Assembly (NCBI GenBank): GCA_964016885.1
Contig: OZ024740.1
Location: 156,798,001 to 156,862,000 of the forward strand
DNA: 64,000 bases
Direction of reading: 5' to 3'
From: Eledone cirrhosa
Taxonomy: Eukaryota
The notes beneath the pieces are model-generated. The model worked only from the letters and a program-made list of their open reading frames with translations. It was not told the origin of the DNA and did no database searches. Below, in pieces: positions 26,942 through 41,600 of this stretch. Position numbers and translations under genes: made by a program. How positions within the stretch are numbered: position 1 is the first letter of the stretch; each line of letters opens with the position of its first letter.

Positions 26942-27737
26942 TACAAGGGTAAGTAAAACATTTATCCGCACTTCGCCATAACAAATCTTTAGGTTTGTCA
27001 CACTGTCTTTTGCTTATTCGTGCTTATAGTTGTTACTATTGTGGTACGTGATCGAAGTTTGAGCTTGATCGCGCAAGTTTTCTTGTAGCTGAAATTCATC
27101 GAACACTTTTAACACAATACAGTGACAGAGCACTACCGCCTAAGTTTGTATGAGTGGATTGAGGAGTTTAAAAGTGGCTAGACCAGCGTGAAGCACGAAG
27201 AAGGAGCAGGACACCCGTCAGCCTCCACCACTGACGAGAAAATTCAGCAAGTTCGAGAGATTATAATGGCGAATCGGTGAGGTATCATCGATAAGGTAGC
27301 ATGTTGTCTACAAATTAGTCATGATTCTATCCATTAAATCATTCACGACGTGATTGGCTTCCATAAAGTCTGTGCGAGATAGGTGCCAAGAGATGTTACC
27401 CCAGAACACCATTAACCAATTGGGTTTTGAAGTGCTGGAAAGCCCTGCCTACAGCATAGATCTCGCGCCTCCCGATATCATCTCTTTGGACCACTTAAAG
27501 ATGCTTTAGGAGGCCGTCTATTCCCTAGGGATGAAGAAGTGCGGCAAGCGGTGCATAAATGCTTGCGCGACCAACCGAAAACCTTCTTCTTGGGTGGAAT
27601 ATGGAAGCTTCTTGACCGCTAAACCAAGTGTATTGAAAAGGAAGGAGAATATATAGAAATATGATCCACTTGTTTAATCCATTCTTTCGTGCAAGTAAAT
27701 TGAAAAAGCAAGAGTATGGATAATATTTTACTTTCCA

Positions 27738-27742
<5 letters not shown>
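26942..27742 (+). mobile_element. Internally deleted mariner (Tc1/mariner) transposon
   Basis: Imperfect TIRs (TACAAGGGTAAGTAAAACATTTATCCGCA / GTATGGATAATATTTTACTTTCCAGCATA) in TA context. Remnants GFHKVCAR*VPR (WVPR), PAYSIDLAP (YSPDLAP), HLFGPLKDALGG, KCIEKEGEYIE. Confidence 0.88.
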
Positions 27743-27782
<40 letters not shown>

Positions 27783-27894
27783 TATGTACGTATATATATA
27801 TGTGTTAAATTGAGTAGGGGGCCCGGTTAGGTGTTAAGTAATATGTAGATCCCAAGTTAAATGTATACGTTTGTGTATGTGTATACGTGTACGT

Positions 27895-28020
27895 ATCTAG
27901 CTGTTGAGACGGCTGGAACTCACACGTCGGGGTCCTGAATTTGTTCATACTACCCAATCTACTACTCCAAGTATCGAGTACTCTGGTGAGTAACTAGTCT
28001 AAATGGTTTTTACAACCTAC
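27895..28020 (+). mobile_element. Diverged family-B pLTR tail
   Basis: TCTAGCTGTTGAGACGGC..CGTCGGGGTC..TACCCAATCTACTACTCCAAGTATCGAGTACTCTGG matches the reverse strand of 18870-18975 and 43035-43135. Confidence 0.6.
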
Positions 28021-28144
28021 AATCTGATACATATATATATTGAGAACAGGTGTTTCACTTAAAGAGGATGTTCAGCTCGTGTATGGTTATAGTTTGAAAC
28101 TCACTCGGATATTCCTTGGATATACAAAATTGCTGCGGAATTAA

Positions 28145-28397
<253 letters not shown>

Positions 28398-28760
28398 TTC
28401 CTGCTGATGTGATAGGACGTGCCAAGTTGTCAGCCGTTCTCAATGGGTGTGGTACGGGTAATTTGATAAAATTAGTTTTGATTGATCAGGTGTCAAAGTT
28501 CTTTACCTTAAACTGTTTATGTGTTACAAGCTATGGTTGGATAACGGAAGTAATTTATACACCATCTATAAGATAGCGTTTGTTATGATATCTCCTCTAA
28601 ACCTATGATACGTATTACGGATGTCTAACATACTTCATGTTGTTAAGGTGATGTTAATGATTTTATGTTTGGAGCGTTAGAAAGCTGTCTAGAAATGATT
28701 ATGCGATTAGGATGATATTACAAACAGTCTATTATCATTTAATTTGGTGAGTACGAACAC

Positions 28761-28801
28761 CACCGACATGTTTCGCTCCTATTATGACATCATCAGCAGT
28801 G
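28761..28801 (-). ncRNA. Isolated minimal hammerhead-like motif
   Basis: Minus strand reads CACTG-CTGATGA-TGTCATAATAGGAGC-GAAA-CATG-TC-GGTG: palindromic stem III and GUC site, but weak stem II. Confidence 0.55.
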
Positions 28802-30195
28802 CATTTCTATCTGTGTAGCTGCTGGAGTATTACTAAACGAAACGCCCATAAAGCGTATCGTTTGATGAAAGGTCAAGTAGTTTGACCCTTGTCACTTTCA
28901 GCGCCTCTGAGACTTGAAGGAGAAACAAAAGAGGGAGAGAGAGAGAGAGAGAGAGAGAGTGAAAGGGAGACAGAGTGAGAGAGAAAGAAAGTGTGTATGA
29001 GAATAGAGAGAGGAAGTTATCCTTGATTGAGACGTGGCTCTAATGCTAGCAACAAAGACACTAAGAAACTAAGTAGTGATGTTAAACCAAATGACACGTT
29101 GTTTACGACCCAAAATCAAAAATTGTCTTTAGGATAGCCGTTGATATTTTCCATTGACCAAATTTCTCTCACAAAATTATAGAAAAAGGTACTTTTACCA
29201 GGTGCTGCCAACTTGGAGTAACCCCAAACTTTGTAGTCACGAATGGAAATCCTTTACCATACAACGAGTATTGCACCCATTTAGTGAAAGTTGTATAAGG
29301 AAAACTAAATATATCAAGCACTCCCATCTTAATTATAGTATTGCTACTCAAGCGACTATCAAGCAACAATGTCAACTTTTCGATGAGTTGTGGTTGTTAG
29401 TGAAGTTAGTTTTCCAACAGAAACCATTTGATTTCATTTAGTGAAGACACCCACTTATAAGTATTTTACTTCTTTTTAACGGGCTATTTAGACAGGCAGC
29501 TAATTGGCTGAGTTGTTAGAACTTTCACCTTAAAGCTTTACATTTAATTCTTTCACGGTCGATAAATAAAATATCAGCCATGTACTGGGATCGATACCTC
29601 CTCTAACTTTCTTTCTCACCATTTCCCCTCTCTCTCACTCTCCCTAGTTTTTGGAAGAAGATTGCTGTCCCCTGGCACAATGGATGACATGTATTTAAAG
29701 AATAATTTATATGTGGGGCGGAAACAATATGGTATACAATAAATAGAAAGTGAACTTGGATAAAGATGCTAATGCTGTTGTTGCTGTTTCTTATCTCCAT
29801 AGTTGAATCAACTGAAGCAACGTATAGAGTGTAAAGGGAAATAGATTAAATCGAGAACTGAAACCGTATTGCGATCTATGTTTGCCGATCACTTACTATG
29901 TGTTAGAATACAGATGGTACATTACAATTAAACTATTTTACATATGAAGGCACACGAAATCAATTTATTTTCTGACGTGAGGCAGCACGTATTTATATTA
30001 AGTTAATACAGATGTGACTATACCTTTCGGACCTGGCGGAAAGAGTAAACAAATTCATTGATTGCATGTAGCTACTAGACACAACGCAGCAAAACGTATA
30101 GGGGTACATATAACACATACATTCATATATTCATGCACGCAAGCACAGTTACACACACACACACACATACCCCCCCCCCCACACACATACACACA

Positions 30196-30238
<43 letters not shown>

Positions 30239-30878
30239 TCTTTCTTTGTCATTCATGTACGCAAGTCACATACATTCACACATGCTCATACACACATTAG
30301 CACACCCTCACTCATATTATTTATATTTCACCTATCCACATACTCATACACATATGCTCTCATACTTTATATATTTCACCCAACCACATACACACGCACA
30401 TACATATACATGCACTCATATTTACACTCACATAATATATGTATTTCAACCCACCATACATACACACTCACTATTCTTTTCAATCTTTCATTCATTCACA
30501 TCCACACTCTCTATTTCTTTTCCCTTCATTTCAAGAATCTATACACATACAGGAATCGGATACACTGCAAACGGAGGTTAAATTTATATCTATAAGCATT
30601 GCCGAGTTTTCTTTATTCAATTTATTCTTTTACTGGATCCAGTCAAAAGACTGCAGCCAGCTGCGGTACTGCTTTCAATGGTTTTTAATTGATTATATCG
30701 AATCCAGTATTGATCTCAGTCTTGTACTCCATTACATCATTTATCAATCTATATATTATCGAATTTATGAAATATGCTTTACGACACAAAATTCATGTTC
30801 ACTCTGTTAAACATAAACACAGACAGAAGTATACACATTCTTTCTGTCACTTTTACACCTCTCGCCATCTGTTACGTC

Positions 30879-30881
<3 letters not shown>

Positions 30882-30963
<82 letters not shown>
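30882..30963. repeat. (CT)n(CA)n microsatellite
   Basis: Directly visible. Confidence 0.95.
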
Positions 30964-33788
30964 TAATAAAACACATTCTTTCTATCAGGGTTTAGTTACG
31001 TCTTTATGTGCCATGCGATCAAATATAGTGGTCTATTTATTGCTAATGCCTTTCTTTTTAAATCGATAGGATAAATATTTCTTGTATTGAGCAACAAGAG
31101 AGCCATTTGAAACCTATTTCTCTACAGACGACTGAGAAATTCTAAATACAAAAACTAAGTGAATGTTAAATTGTTCAAATACATCAACTACATCTTCGCA
31201 TGTAGCTAATCACCAGCGAATCCCTAAGACACACCACCAGCAAAAAGCTTATTCTGTAAATTGGTCATATTGCCTTCTTTAGGCGCATCATGTGTATCTG
31301 AATTCAGAAGTACTAGCTAACAAACCATAGAATCTTGCTGCACAGCAAACTCAGTAATATATTAGCATATGTGGCAATGATGTGGCTGAGTTGTTGTGAT
31401 GTCGGATTACCTGTTTTGAGGTCTATGTTCCCTTGAGGTCTTCATCCCTTCTGGGCCAATAAATAAATTCCAAGTTAGTGGATTGGTTGAAATTGTTATA
31501 ACGTCGGTCGTGTTGCCGTTCAATGATCGTTTCAGCTCTGATTTTTGAGTTGAAATCCTTCCTCTTGTCACAAGAAATAGGGTTAAATGATATCCCCAAA
31601 TATCCCAAAAGAACTATGAGCTGTAAATACATAAGAGATCATTGTAACCTATGCAAGTGTGAGATATAACAGCTTATGGAATATGTTCCAGTTTTCTGTG
31701 CTCTGAGTTCAAACGCTTGACAGGTGAATATTGTCTTTCTCTTTTCGGAGTTGATAAAAACCAGACAAGGCCAGTAAATTGGTGGAGCTGTTATAACGCC
31801 GAACAAAATGTCTTACGTTATCTCTTTTAGTGTTGTATCTTCTGAGTTTAAATCTCGTATATTTTCACCCGAAAAATGTAACATGATATAAAACCTTATA
31901 AGAGTCTGTCGAAACTTACACAAGTGAGAACCAGAACAACAACAAGAACAACAACAATATATTCGGCAGATCCCCAGATTTATTCACCTACAATATTATC
32001 CATAAAATATTTGCTTTGTTATTGTTGCAAGAGAATATATCTATGTGATATAACCTCAATGAGGAAGGAGGTTAAAAATTAATGCAGATGTCAGTCGCTA
32101 CAATAACAACAACAGTAACAGCAACAACAGCAGTAGTAGAAGCAGCAATTACAAAAAAAAAAAAAAAAACAGAATATCATACAGGGTTGAAATAACAATG
32201 TCAATTGACTCATTACCCTGCTTTACAGAATATTAGCCTTGTTGTCCAGTCAATGCGAATAAATCTCTTATGTTATGTAACCTCGCGGCGGTCCGGTGAA
32301 ACTACTGCAGATGTAAGCCGTAACAGAAACAACAATAATAACAACAGAAAAACAACAGTAGCAACAACAGCATCAATTAAATGTAGTGCAATCACTGATT
32401 TAATCGACTTTTCATTCATCCTAGAAATATTGGCTTTGTTCTTCCCGCCAAAGAAGAAAGATTAGTAAAGAAAATAGAAAGTCAAAATGTCGTCTTAAAT
32501 AAAATAACACAAAACCACAAACAGGAAAAAAACATATTATCGTATATTGAAGAAGAAGGATGTCTCAATAGGTATCAACAGAGAGCGATCAGTGTTGAAA
32601 AATAGGTCAATAAACAGACGCAATAAATGAGGTTTGTTTAGAAAAGATTAAAAAGGAAAAACACGATATCATCAAGTTACATATATAAACAGAAACCTAA
32701 ACTATTAGTAATTTTCTTAGCAGGACTTTAAAAATTATCTTGAAATCACATTTTTTTTTTATAATTTAGTGTAACATCAATTTGGAAAGTATGTGGACAA
32801 AAGGAAATAAAAAATAACATAAAACGCGTACGTATACGACTGAGGCGTCTACAAGTGTCAGTTTATTTAGTATAAGGAAGCAGTAGAGTGGTAGAACTAG
32901 AAAAATGGAATAAAAGAAGAGAGAGAGAGAGCAAAGGTTCATGTGAATGGAAGAATAAGGAAGAGTAATATGTATGTGAATGGAAGAGATAGGAAATAGA
33001 AAGAGAATGGAGGAGAGGGAAAGGGTAAATAGGTATATGAATGGAAGAAAAAGAAAGAGAGAAAGTGAAAGTGAGTGAGAGGAGGGAGAATGGCGGGAAA
33101 CGAGAAAGGGAGAGAGAGGAGGGACAGTCGAAGAAGAAGGAGAAGGTAGAGCGAGAAAATGTGCATATGAATGGAAGAGAGACAGAAAGAGAAAGAGAGA
33201 GGAAAAGAGAACGTGGGAAAGTGTGAGGGAAAGAAATTAAGATATTGCATGTACCTGTGTGAATGAACGAAAGACTGCGTATGTGAAAGAAAATAGTTAT
33301 TTAAAAAGCTTGGGATGGATGAAGATCGAACATACGGCTGGTTTAATTGTTATTTAACAAATCATCAGGATATATACTTACTTTCCCATTTCAAATCCCG
33401 AGTGATATAAGGTTAACATAAATTGAGAAGTCGCTAAAAAATACGAGACCAAGCTGCCAGAAAGGCTTTCAAGGGATCTAAGTTCACAGACAACGTTAAT
33501 ACAAATGGTTATTTGGTTATTAATATTATATAATAAATTCTGGTTTTACAGATTCCATGAGAATCAAAACAACATTAATTCCATTACATTAGCAAACTAA
33601 TAAAGATCTAATGCAACCTTCTCATTGAAGTATCAAATACTTTATTTCTTATCTTTAAGCCTAAATCTCACAAAAAAAAAAAAAAATGCTGGAATGTAGA
33701 AAGTCAAGCCCGTAGTTTCAATATAGAGCTCTGTTCGAAATCCTAAGAACAATACCAAATACAACGGTTCGCCGTTTCTCCCTCTATC

Positions 33789-33926
<138 letters not shown>

Positions 33927-34127
33927 AAAGAATAGAGGTGTAACACACAAGTTATTATATATTGGTAAACGGAATAGAAAATGCTGACAAATTGTTCACA
34001 GTTGAAAAATGGTTTAATTAGGAATAAAAGAGTATTAGTGATTGTATGGGTTAGTATTCAGTTGTGGTTTTAAGTTTTTAAGTTTTTACCGGTTGCGCAT
34101 TTCTAAATGCTTTTCAAAAATAATTTT

Positions 34128-34173
34128 GAGATAGAGTGTCCGTGCTGTTTGCAAACAGCACGGACACTCTATC
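34128..34173. repeat. 46-bp perfect palindrome at the end of a decayed pLTR-like remnant
   Basis: AGATAGAGTGTCCGTGCTGTTTG|CAAACAGCACGGACACTCTATCT. A degenerate hammerhead-like string lies on the minus strand at about 34078-34120. Confidence 0.85.
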
Positions 34174-34524
34174 TTATATTGTATTTTATATATATCTATA
34201 TTTATATATATGTATTTTATTACTGATTAATACTTTGCCAGACATTTGTTAACGGTCATGCTGGGGTATCCCCTTAAAGTTGATCCCATCGATCCCAGTA
34301 ATTATAATTTTAAGTCTAGTATTTATTTTATCGATCTCTGTTTTGCCAAACCACTAGTTACAGTCATACGTGCGCGCGCGAATATATATATCGGGGTGAG
34401 TTGCAACTTCCGCCTACATATCTTTGGAAGTCACATGCCAAATGTGCTGTGAAGCAGGACTGAACCCAAGACCACTCGGTTTCAAAGCAAAATTCTTGAC
34501 TACAAAGCTATGCTTCCGCTTGTT

Positions 34525-34815
34525 CATGACTTAGTGGTTTGGATGTTCAGCACATGACTGCAAGGCTGTGAATTCGGTTCCGGTGAGAGCGTTCGGTCCT
34601 TGAGCAAGACACTTTATGTTACGTCTCAAGTCCGCTCAACTGGCAAAATTATGTTGTAACTATAATCCAAAGAGCCAGCTCTATCATAGACCATGTTACG
34701 CTGAAGCTCCCGGGGAATAACGTGTCTACTGAATGCCTAACCACGGGTACGTTAATTTCCGTTACTTGGACAGCTGGAACACATTTCATCGGAACTAACG
34801 GGGGTCCAACACACT
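34525..34815 (+). mobile_element. Second, older tRNA-derived SINE family
   Basis: tRNA-like head followed by GTCCTTGAGCAAGACACTTTA and GTCCGCTCAACTG (CORE/V-domain-like). Confidence 0.55.
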
Positions 34816-35631
34816 TGGTAGATGAGTTTCTTGTATATTGCATGCAAGAGACCATGCATCTATGGATGTACGTTTACGCACTGTCTAAGTTTGTGCTGCG
34901 AATTTACGCCAGCATTACCATGATAAAAAAAAAGAAAAACTTGTTGATATTTGACAGTAGTAAGAAATGGGAGAAAAAATTGTGCGTACAGACAACGAAA
35001 CAAAGGCATTGTTTTAAAATTCATTAATTAGTCTTATATATGAGGGACTCATTTTATAACATGTTATCCATGTGCAACCTGCAGTATTCTTCTCCCCATT
35101 TTTTCACATATATTTACCTAAACTGCGATTCTGTTTTTCTCTCTCTCTCTCTTACTGCTCCCTCGTTCTCTCTGTTTCCCTTACTTTCTTTCGCCCCCTC
35201 TGTCATGTCAGTTAACACTTTCTCTCTACTGACCTCTTCCTCACACTTCCACTCACTCACTCACTGTTTCTCCCCTTCTCACTTCACCCCGTTCGCGACG
35301 AAAACAATTTCCTTCTTTCTTACATTTGGATTCATCTCGAAAGGTCTATTTTCTACGCGCTCATATATTCACCCAGCTTATGCTGACAGAATAACTATGT
35401 AGCTTGTGCCTCTTCCTATCTACGGTTAGCTTTCCTCTTTGTTGTTACTTGTCTCACTCGCTTTACGCGTTTTAATTGTCCTAATAACTTAATTTAGTTA
35501 TTATTGCACCAACGTGAGGTATATGATTTTTAATGCAATGAAATATCTATGATCGTTGACAAATCACTGATGAGGGACTCATTTTATAACATGTTATCCA
35601 TGTGCAACCTCCAGTATTCTTCTCCCCATTT

Positions 35632-35698
<67 letters not shown>

Positions 35699-36011
35699 TA
35701 TGTATACGTACATTCATATATGTATACAGACGTACAGTAGTATGTAAATATATATACATACATGCACTACGGCTTAATACGGGATGTTTGTTTACAAACA
35801 CACCGAGCATTATAATAAATGTTTGGTGAATCCATACGCACATATATATATGTCTGCATCTATGTATATATATATACATACTACTGTACGTCTGTATACA
35901 TATATGTATGTACGTGTACACACTTATATTTAAGTAACAGCCGTACTAAGAGTGGGAAATGAAATTTCGTTTCATTTTTTCCGTTTATATATATAGATAT
36001 ATATATATATG

Positions 36012-36045
<34 letters not shown>

Positions 36046-36112
36046 TAATGATAATAATAATATACCTGTCTGTCGACGTCTCACTTTCTCACTGTATACT
36101 TATATATATATA

Positions 36113-36188
<76 letters not shown>

Positions 36189-36191
<3 letters not shown>

Positions 36192-36958
36192 ATAATAATA
36201 AATTTGAAGACTAAAATCCAAAGAGGGCTCGATAAGGATAAATATATATCAAATATATAAGAACCGTAGAGCAAATATGTAGGTATGTGTGTGCGCTTGT
36301 TATATACGTATTTATTTATTTATATACGTTTATATAATTATTTATTTATTTGTATACACGCATCACACACACATATTTATATGTGCGTGGTTTTGTATAC
36401 CTATGGTAAGGTTTTGCGTATGCTTGTGTATGTACGTTTTTGTTTGCGTGTATGTATTTATTTGTTTCTATTACTTCTGTATTGTATTTATTTACTTTGT
36501 TCTTAACTCTGTAGCGGAGATTCATTTGGTCTCCTAGATAGAATTTTAGTCTACGACTTCTGCTATACCATTTACGTGGTTTTGTCTTTGCGTGTTATTG
36601 TTCTCCACGCTCCACATATGACGTATTATCTTCGTTTTTCCGTTCATTGCCAGCGAACGTCTCTATGCACCACCTAAGAGAACATTAGTCTGCGACATCT
36701 TTTATACCATAAACGTGGTTCTGTCTTTGCGCGTAATTGTTTTTCACCGCTCCTATTAATGACGTATTATTCGTTTTTTCCCGTTCTTTGCCAGCGAACG
36801 TTTCCACGAACGAAAGTATCGTCTTCCTGTCTTCCTCCGGTTGCAACGTTTTTTGAAATATCCAGTTCTGCGTTTGCAGATTGACTTTGTTAGTTTCAGA
36901 AGATCCCGTTAAGGGTGAAAGCAGCGATTCTTTGCTTAAACTTTAATCTGTTATTTTA

Positions 36959-36965
<7 letters not shown>
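36189..36965 (+). mobile_element. Solo Penelope pLTR with inverted 3' extension (family C)
   Basis: 36278-36965 is the reverse complement of about 48118-48820, while 36189-36277 is a direct copy of 48031-48120. Inserted in (TA)n. Confidence 0.85.
36892..36942 (+). ncRNA. Variant hammerhead motif (CAGAAGA core)
   Basis: AGTTT-CAGAAGA-TCCC GTTAA GGGT-GAAA-GCA..TGC-TT-AAACT. Confidence 0.55.
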
Positions 36966-36997
<32 letters not shown>

Positions 36998-37580
36998 ACT
37001 AATTAATGAATTTTAAAACAATGCCTTTGTTTCGTTGTCTGTACGCACAATTTTTTCTCCCATTTCTTACTACATTGATAACATATTAATGACAGAATGA
37101 CAGAAAGAAAAGCGAGAAGGAAAAGAAATCCGATATCAAGTTTCTCAATGTTTCATTCAGCTTAACACCAGTGAAAAAAATATAGAAATACCATTTCCGT
37201 GTCTATATTACTTTTCAAAGTAATACTCACGCGAATACATCTTTTTTTAATGGATTTTTTTTCACTATATGTTTTTTTTACATAACGTCAAATCACTTGA
37301 TAGATAATCGACAGAAAGTTCTGATATTTTTAAAACTGGTTATAAAAACAATAAAGTTTTTATAATATTGAATTCTAAACTTAGGGTCTTAAATTTGGCG
37401 GTGTGGTTATGTTGTGACCTAACTTTTTAACAATTTGTATCTCAAGCAGCAAGTAGTACTCTTGAAGTGTACACTCCATTTTACGCAGCTCCAGTCCACT
37501 CAGCTATTAAAAATGAGTCATACCGCGCTCTCTTATTTAATACAGAAACTGAGCTGCATCATTTGTTGTTTAATAAAGAA

Positions 37581-37855
37581 CTAGCAGGCCCAAAAATGAC
37601 GGCTAACTGTAATATCTATACATAATATAAAAAAAGAGATGTGTGTTTGTTGGTTGGGTGGTACCTTTGCGCTCACTCATACAAGTGATACAAACACACA
37701 ACACACCCCTTCCTTCCTCAGTCGACGTTATCACCCCTTCCTTCATTAGACGACGTTATCACCCCTTCCTTTCTCAGTTGACCTAATCATTCCTTACTTC
37801 CTCATTCATCTCTAGTGTGTGACGGACAAATACACAAGGATTTTATATTATTAGA
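37581..37855 (-). mobile_element. Possible short non-autonomous Helitron-like element
   Basis: Minus strand begins A|TCTAATAATATAAAA and ends in a weak hairpin plus CTAG|T; internal about 28-bp tandem x3 at 37706-37790. Confidence 0.4.
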
Positions 37856-38313
37856 TCTTATGAACAAACATCTTATCGCTACACGTAACGTCAGTCTATT
37901 CAACAACTCCAATACAGGTGAGTTTTCTGCGTCCCTAAAATGGCGTCAACTTCCACGGAACTCAAACACTGCTGGCATACTTTGGAACATGTTCTTATAA
38001 ATATTTCTAATATCAACAGTGTATGTATCGTAGTAATCTTCGTAGCTCATGAAATATTTTAATTCATGAATTATTGTGACAAATAAGAGGCTGCGAAATA
38101 TTACCTGGAGGACATTTACATTAAACTGGTGAAGGAAAAAACAGATACTTACATGTAAACCGTCACTTAAAGTATCACTTAAAGTAATTATTGATTGAGT
38201 GAAGTTTCGTACAGCGTTGGAAACAAAGAATTTTGATGAAGAAATTGTAAGGTCGTTAGATTGTATATAAACATGTCAACGTGTTAAATTTGGAAATAAA
38301 CAAATAAATTGGT

Positions 38314-38393
38314 GAAGAAGAAGAAGAAGAAGAAGAAGAAGAAGAAGAAGAAGAAGAAGAAGAAGAAGAAGAAGAAGAAGAAGAAGAAGAAGA
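38314..38393. repeat. (GAA)n microsatellite
   Basis: Directly visible. Confidence 0.97.
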
Positions 38394-38682
38394 AACGGCA
38401 AACCGTTAGTAGATTTACCGAATCTAAGTTCAACGTTTGCTTTGCATGGTTACCAATATAATTATACGCACAAGCTGAGGCACAAGAAAAAAACTAAATA
38501 TGTTGTATAGAAATTTGTTATTCTTAATTCAATTTATTCTTCAATTGAGATACACGATGAAATCAATTCTGAATTCATACATAATACAAAAGAAAATAAC
38601 AATAATAATAATAATAAACAAAAATACAAAATTTACCACATTTATGAAGGGAGATAAATTCTATCGCATATGTTGAAGGAAA

Positions 38683-41600
38683 TTACGTAAGAGCTTTTGG
38701 GTAAACAACATTCTTTGTTTTCTTGTTTGGAGCATAGACAAATAAGTCTTGTATTAAGTCTTGGGGCAAACAACATAAAGTTGACCATGTGAAAAGCATG
38801 GTTCAATTAAGTGAAAGCCAGTAGATTTCAAAGTCTGATAGACATTGGGAAGAAATTTCGCACTGGGAATTGTGTTCGTTTGATTGGAATTTTTGGAATG
38901 AAAACCTCTTCCCCAGAAGCACATTCAGTGATGATGTTAGCTTCTATCACATTAGGTGATAATGTCTTCACAATCAACCTAGTCCCATTTCATAATTTAA
39001 GAGGATCTAAATTTCTTAGAAGCATTATTGAGACTTCTACCTTCAGAAAAAGTTTATGTAGAGGAGTTCCAGGTGGCTCAAGAGAATTAAGGAACTATGT
39101 GGGGGTAGTGGACAGCTTGATTTTCATCAAGGACGGAATCAACTGATTTGTACTCCTTAATGACTGTTGGAATCTTATTCATTTATTCATGGTTAATCCT
39201 TGCTACTGTCTCATTTTTTGCAGCTAGAATTGCCCTTTCACACAAACATTTATGTGAATTATAATTATTACTTAAGTCTGGAAATACCCTGTTCTTCAAT
39301 TCAGCTGGGGAATTCACCATGATAGCAATATGAGACAAATTGATATAACCATTCCCATCAATTGGTACTTTCCCATTTCCTAATTGGAAGAGCAGGGTTG
39401 AAAACTGTTCTGCAAAATTCTCCCTATGTAATAAAGCTCGTATGTTAGTATTGAAGGACAATTTCTGTACTTTATTCCATTGGTGCGATGACTTAATGCA
39501 TGCTTTTATTTCATCAGCTCTTGTTCTGCTCGGAATGACTGATAATGTCTGTCTGTAGTCTCCGGATAAAACTAATGTAACTTCTCCCATAGATTTATTG
39601 TTGCCTCTTATGTCCTGTAAATTATTATCAAGAGCTTCCATTGCACCTCTATGTAACATCGTGCATTCATCCCAAATGATCAGATGGCATTGGCGCAACA
39701 CTTCTGCTGAATCTGAACCTTTGCTTATGTTACAAATTGGACTGTTATTTGTGACCAAGTTTAGCGGTAATTTAAAAGCAGATTGAGCCGTTTGTCCTCA
39801 CGGGAGAAGAGTGAGAACAATGCCAGACGATGCTACAGCAACTGCAATTCTTTTTTGTTGCTTTACCTTGGAGAGAAGCAATGTTACAAATGTTTTACCT
39901 GTGCCACCAGGAGCATTAAGAGAGAAAGTTCCTCCACTTTTTTCTCTGACTGACGAAATAATTTTATATGCACAGCGTTGTTCTGGAAGAAGTTTAGGTT
40001 CATGTTCTTTCACAAATGTAGCCAACTCTGTCATGCCATAATTTGTCTCTCTTGCTATGTCTATTTAACTTACATAACTAATTTGAGAGTTTGTTTTTGG
40101 CAGTCCAGAGCCTTGTAAATTTTGGAAGTCCAGGCTCTTGAAAATGTTTGCCTTCCATGGCCAAATCCTGATCCTCAATTTCAATCAGTGATTGGTTAAA
40201 AGATTTTTCAGAGAACTGAATATTGGTTTTCTTGTTAACTGCATACGTCCTCCTCCATGTCCTCACGATGTTTCATCCAAAGCTGTAGGAGACTGCCAAA
40301 TTCACACATGTTCAGAATAATTGCAAACAGGTTACGGAGGTTTCTTGGAGAATGAAAGGTCCCAATGCTCATCATTTTTTAAAAAACCTTGTTGATAACA
40401 TGCTTCCCTATAAGTTTCACACACATGACCATTTACCCTCCTCAAATCTTGGAATTATTTGGGACCACGTACTTCATGCAAAAGGAGCCGTAAGTAGTAG
40501 CATTCTGCTTGGCTTGGGTGGACACTGTAAACTCTTGCAAAAGCGTCTGCCCCACATTTCCTCTTCTGCCATTTATTGTTTCTCCAGGTGTAATACTTGG
40601 GTAATTCTAGGTGAAGGAGTTTTCTTGCATCTTCATCTTCTTGACACAACTTTAAAAAGGCAGTAAGGGTAGTTTCTTTGGAAGAAAGTTGCAAGGCTGT
40701 TTGTTTTGTAAAGATAACCCATTGGCTATTCTCTAGATGGACACTCAGATGCACGATGGCTGGGTGACTCTCATGAATGGGAAAATTGAAGATCGTCAAA
40801 AAGCCTCATTGCTACTGATGTATCTTCCTCCTCTATGCAACTTCGTCATTTTTATTTATCTGCTGACTGCCATTCTGCATAAAAGCATATGTAGCAGCAT
40901 CTAAACCTTTGATTATATATTTGCAAACATACTTAATAGACTTAACAGAGTTGCAGAAATCAACATTGATATGTGCTTTGAAAGTGTTTGTAATATGACA
41001 GTAGCGTACAATTAACCGATTGTCAATGATGAATTCTTGCCTATTTCTCTTTTAATTTTTTTCGAAGTGAATCCACCATGCCCAGGTTTTCTTCTCCTGT
41101 AAAGAGGGTAGCCACCTTCTCCAGTTTGGGTTTCTTGTAGAAATGGGCGTGGGTAGTTCTTGGTACACTTATTATCCCTCGTACATGGGGAGGATGGATT
41201 AATTGAACCACAGGGCCCATGAATCGTCTGGGACTTGACAATTCCATGCAGCAAAGTATCTTGCTGTGGATCAGGCAGTTCAGCTGAGATAAATAATTCA
41301 ATATCATTTGGTCGAAGTTTTTCATGTAACCAAATCAAAATGTGGGCATGTGGCAATCCTCGTTTTTGCAATTCAATTGTGAGCATATCACATTTGACTG
41401 GTCCAAAGACTTCATATTTTTTAGGAGATCCATTAGCTTTATGACTTTAAATCTGAACACTCTAGATATAACATGATGGCGATCTTTGGGTTCTTGATGA
41501 TGATAAAGCTCACCCTTTATTTCATGCCATGTTGGGTTACATGTGAATGTAATGAAGAGGTCTGAACGATCATAGTGTGTGACATATGTAAGTGCATTTT

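Noticed and set aside
28869-28887. AGGTCA-N7-TGACCC nuclear-receptor-like inverted half-sites
   Set aside because: Single short motif with no associated gene; plausible by chance in 64 kb.
29154-29441. 95-aa ORF in non-repetitive sequence as a possible host exon
   Set aside because: No recognisable domain, non-ATG start and no convincing splice sites.
37706-37790. 28-bp repeats as a CRISPR array
   Set aside because: Directly tandem without spacers; a minisatellite.
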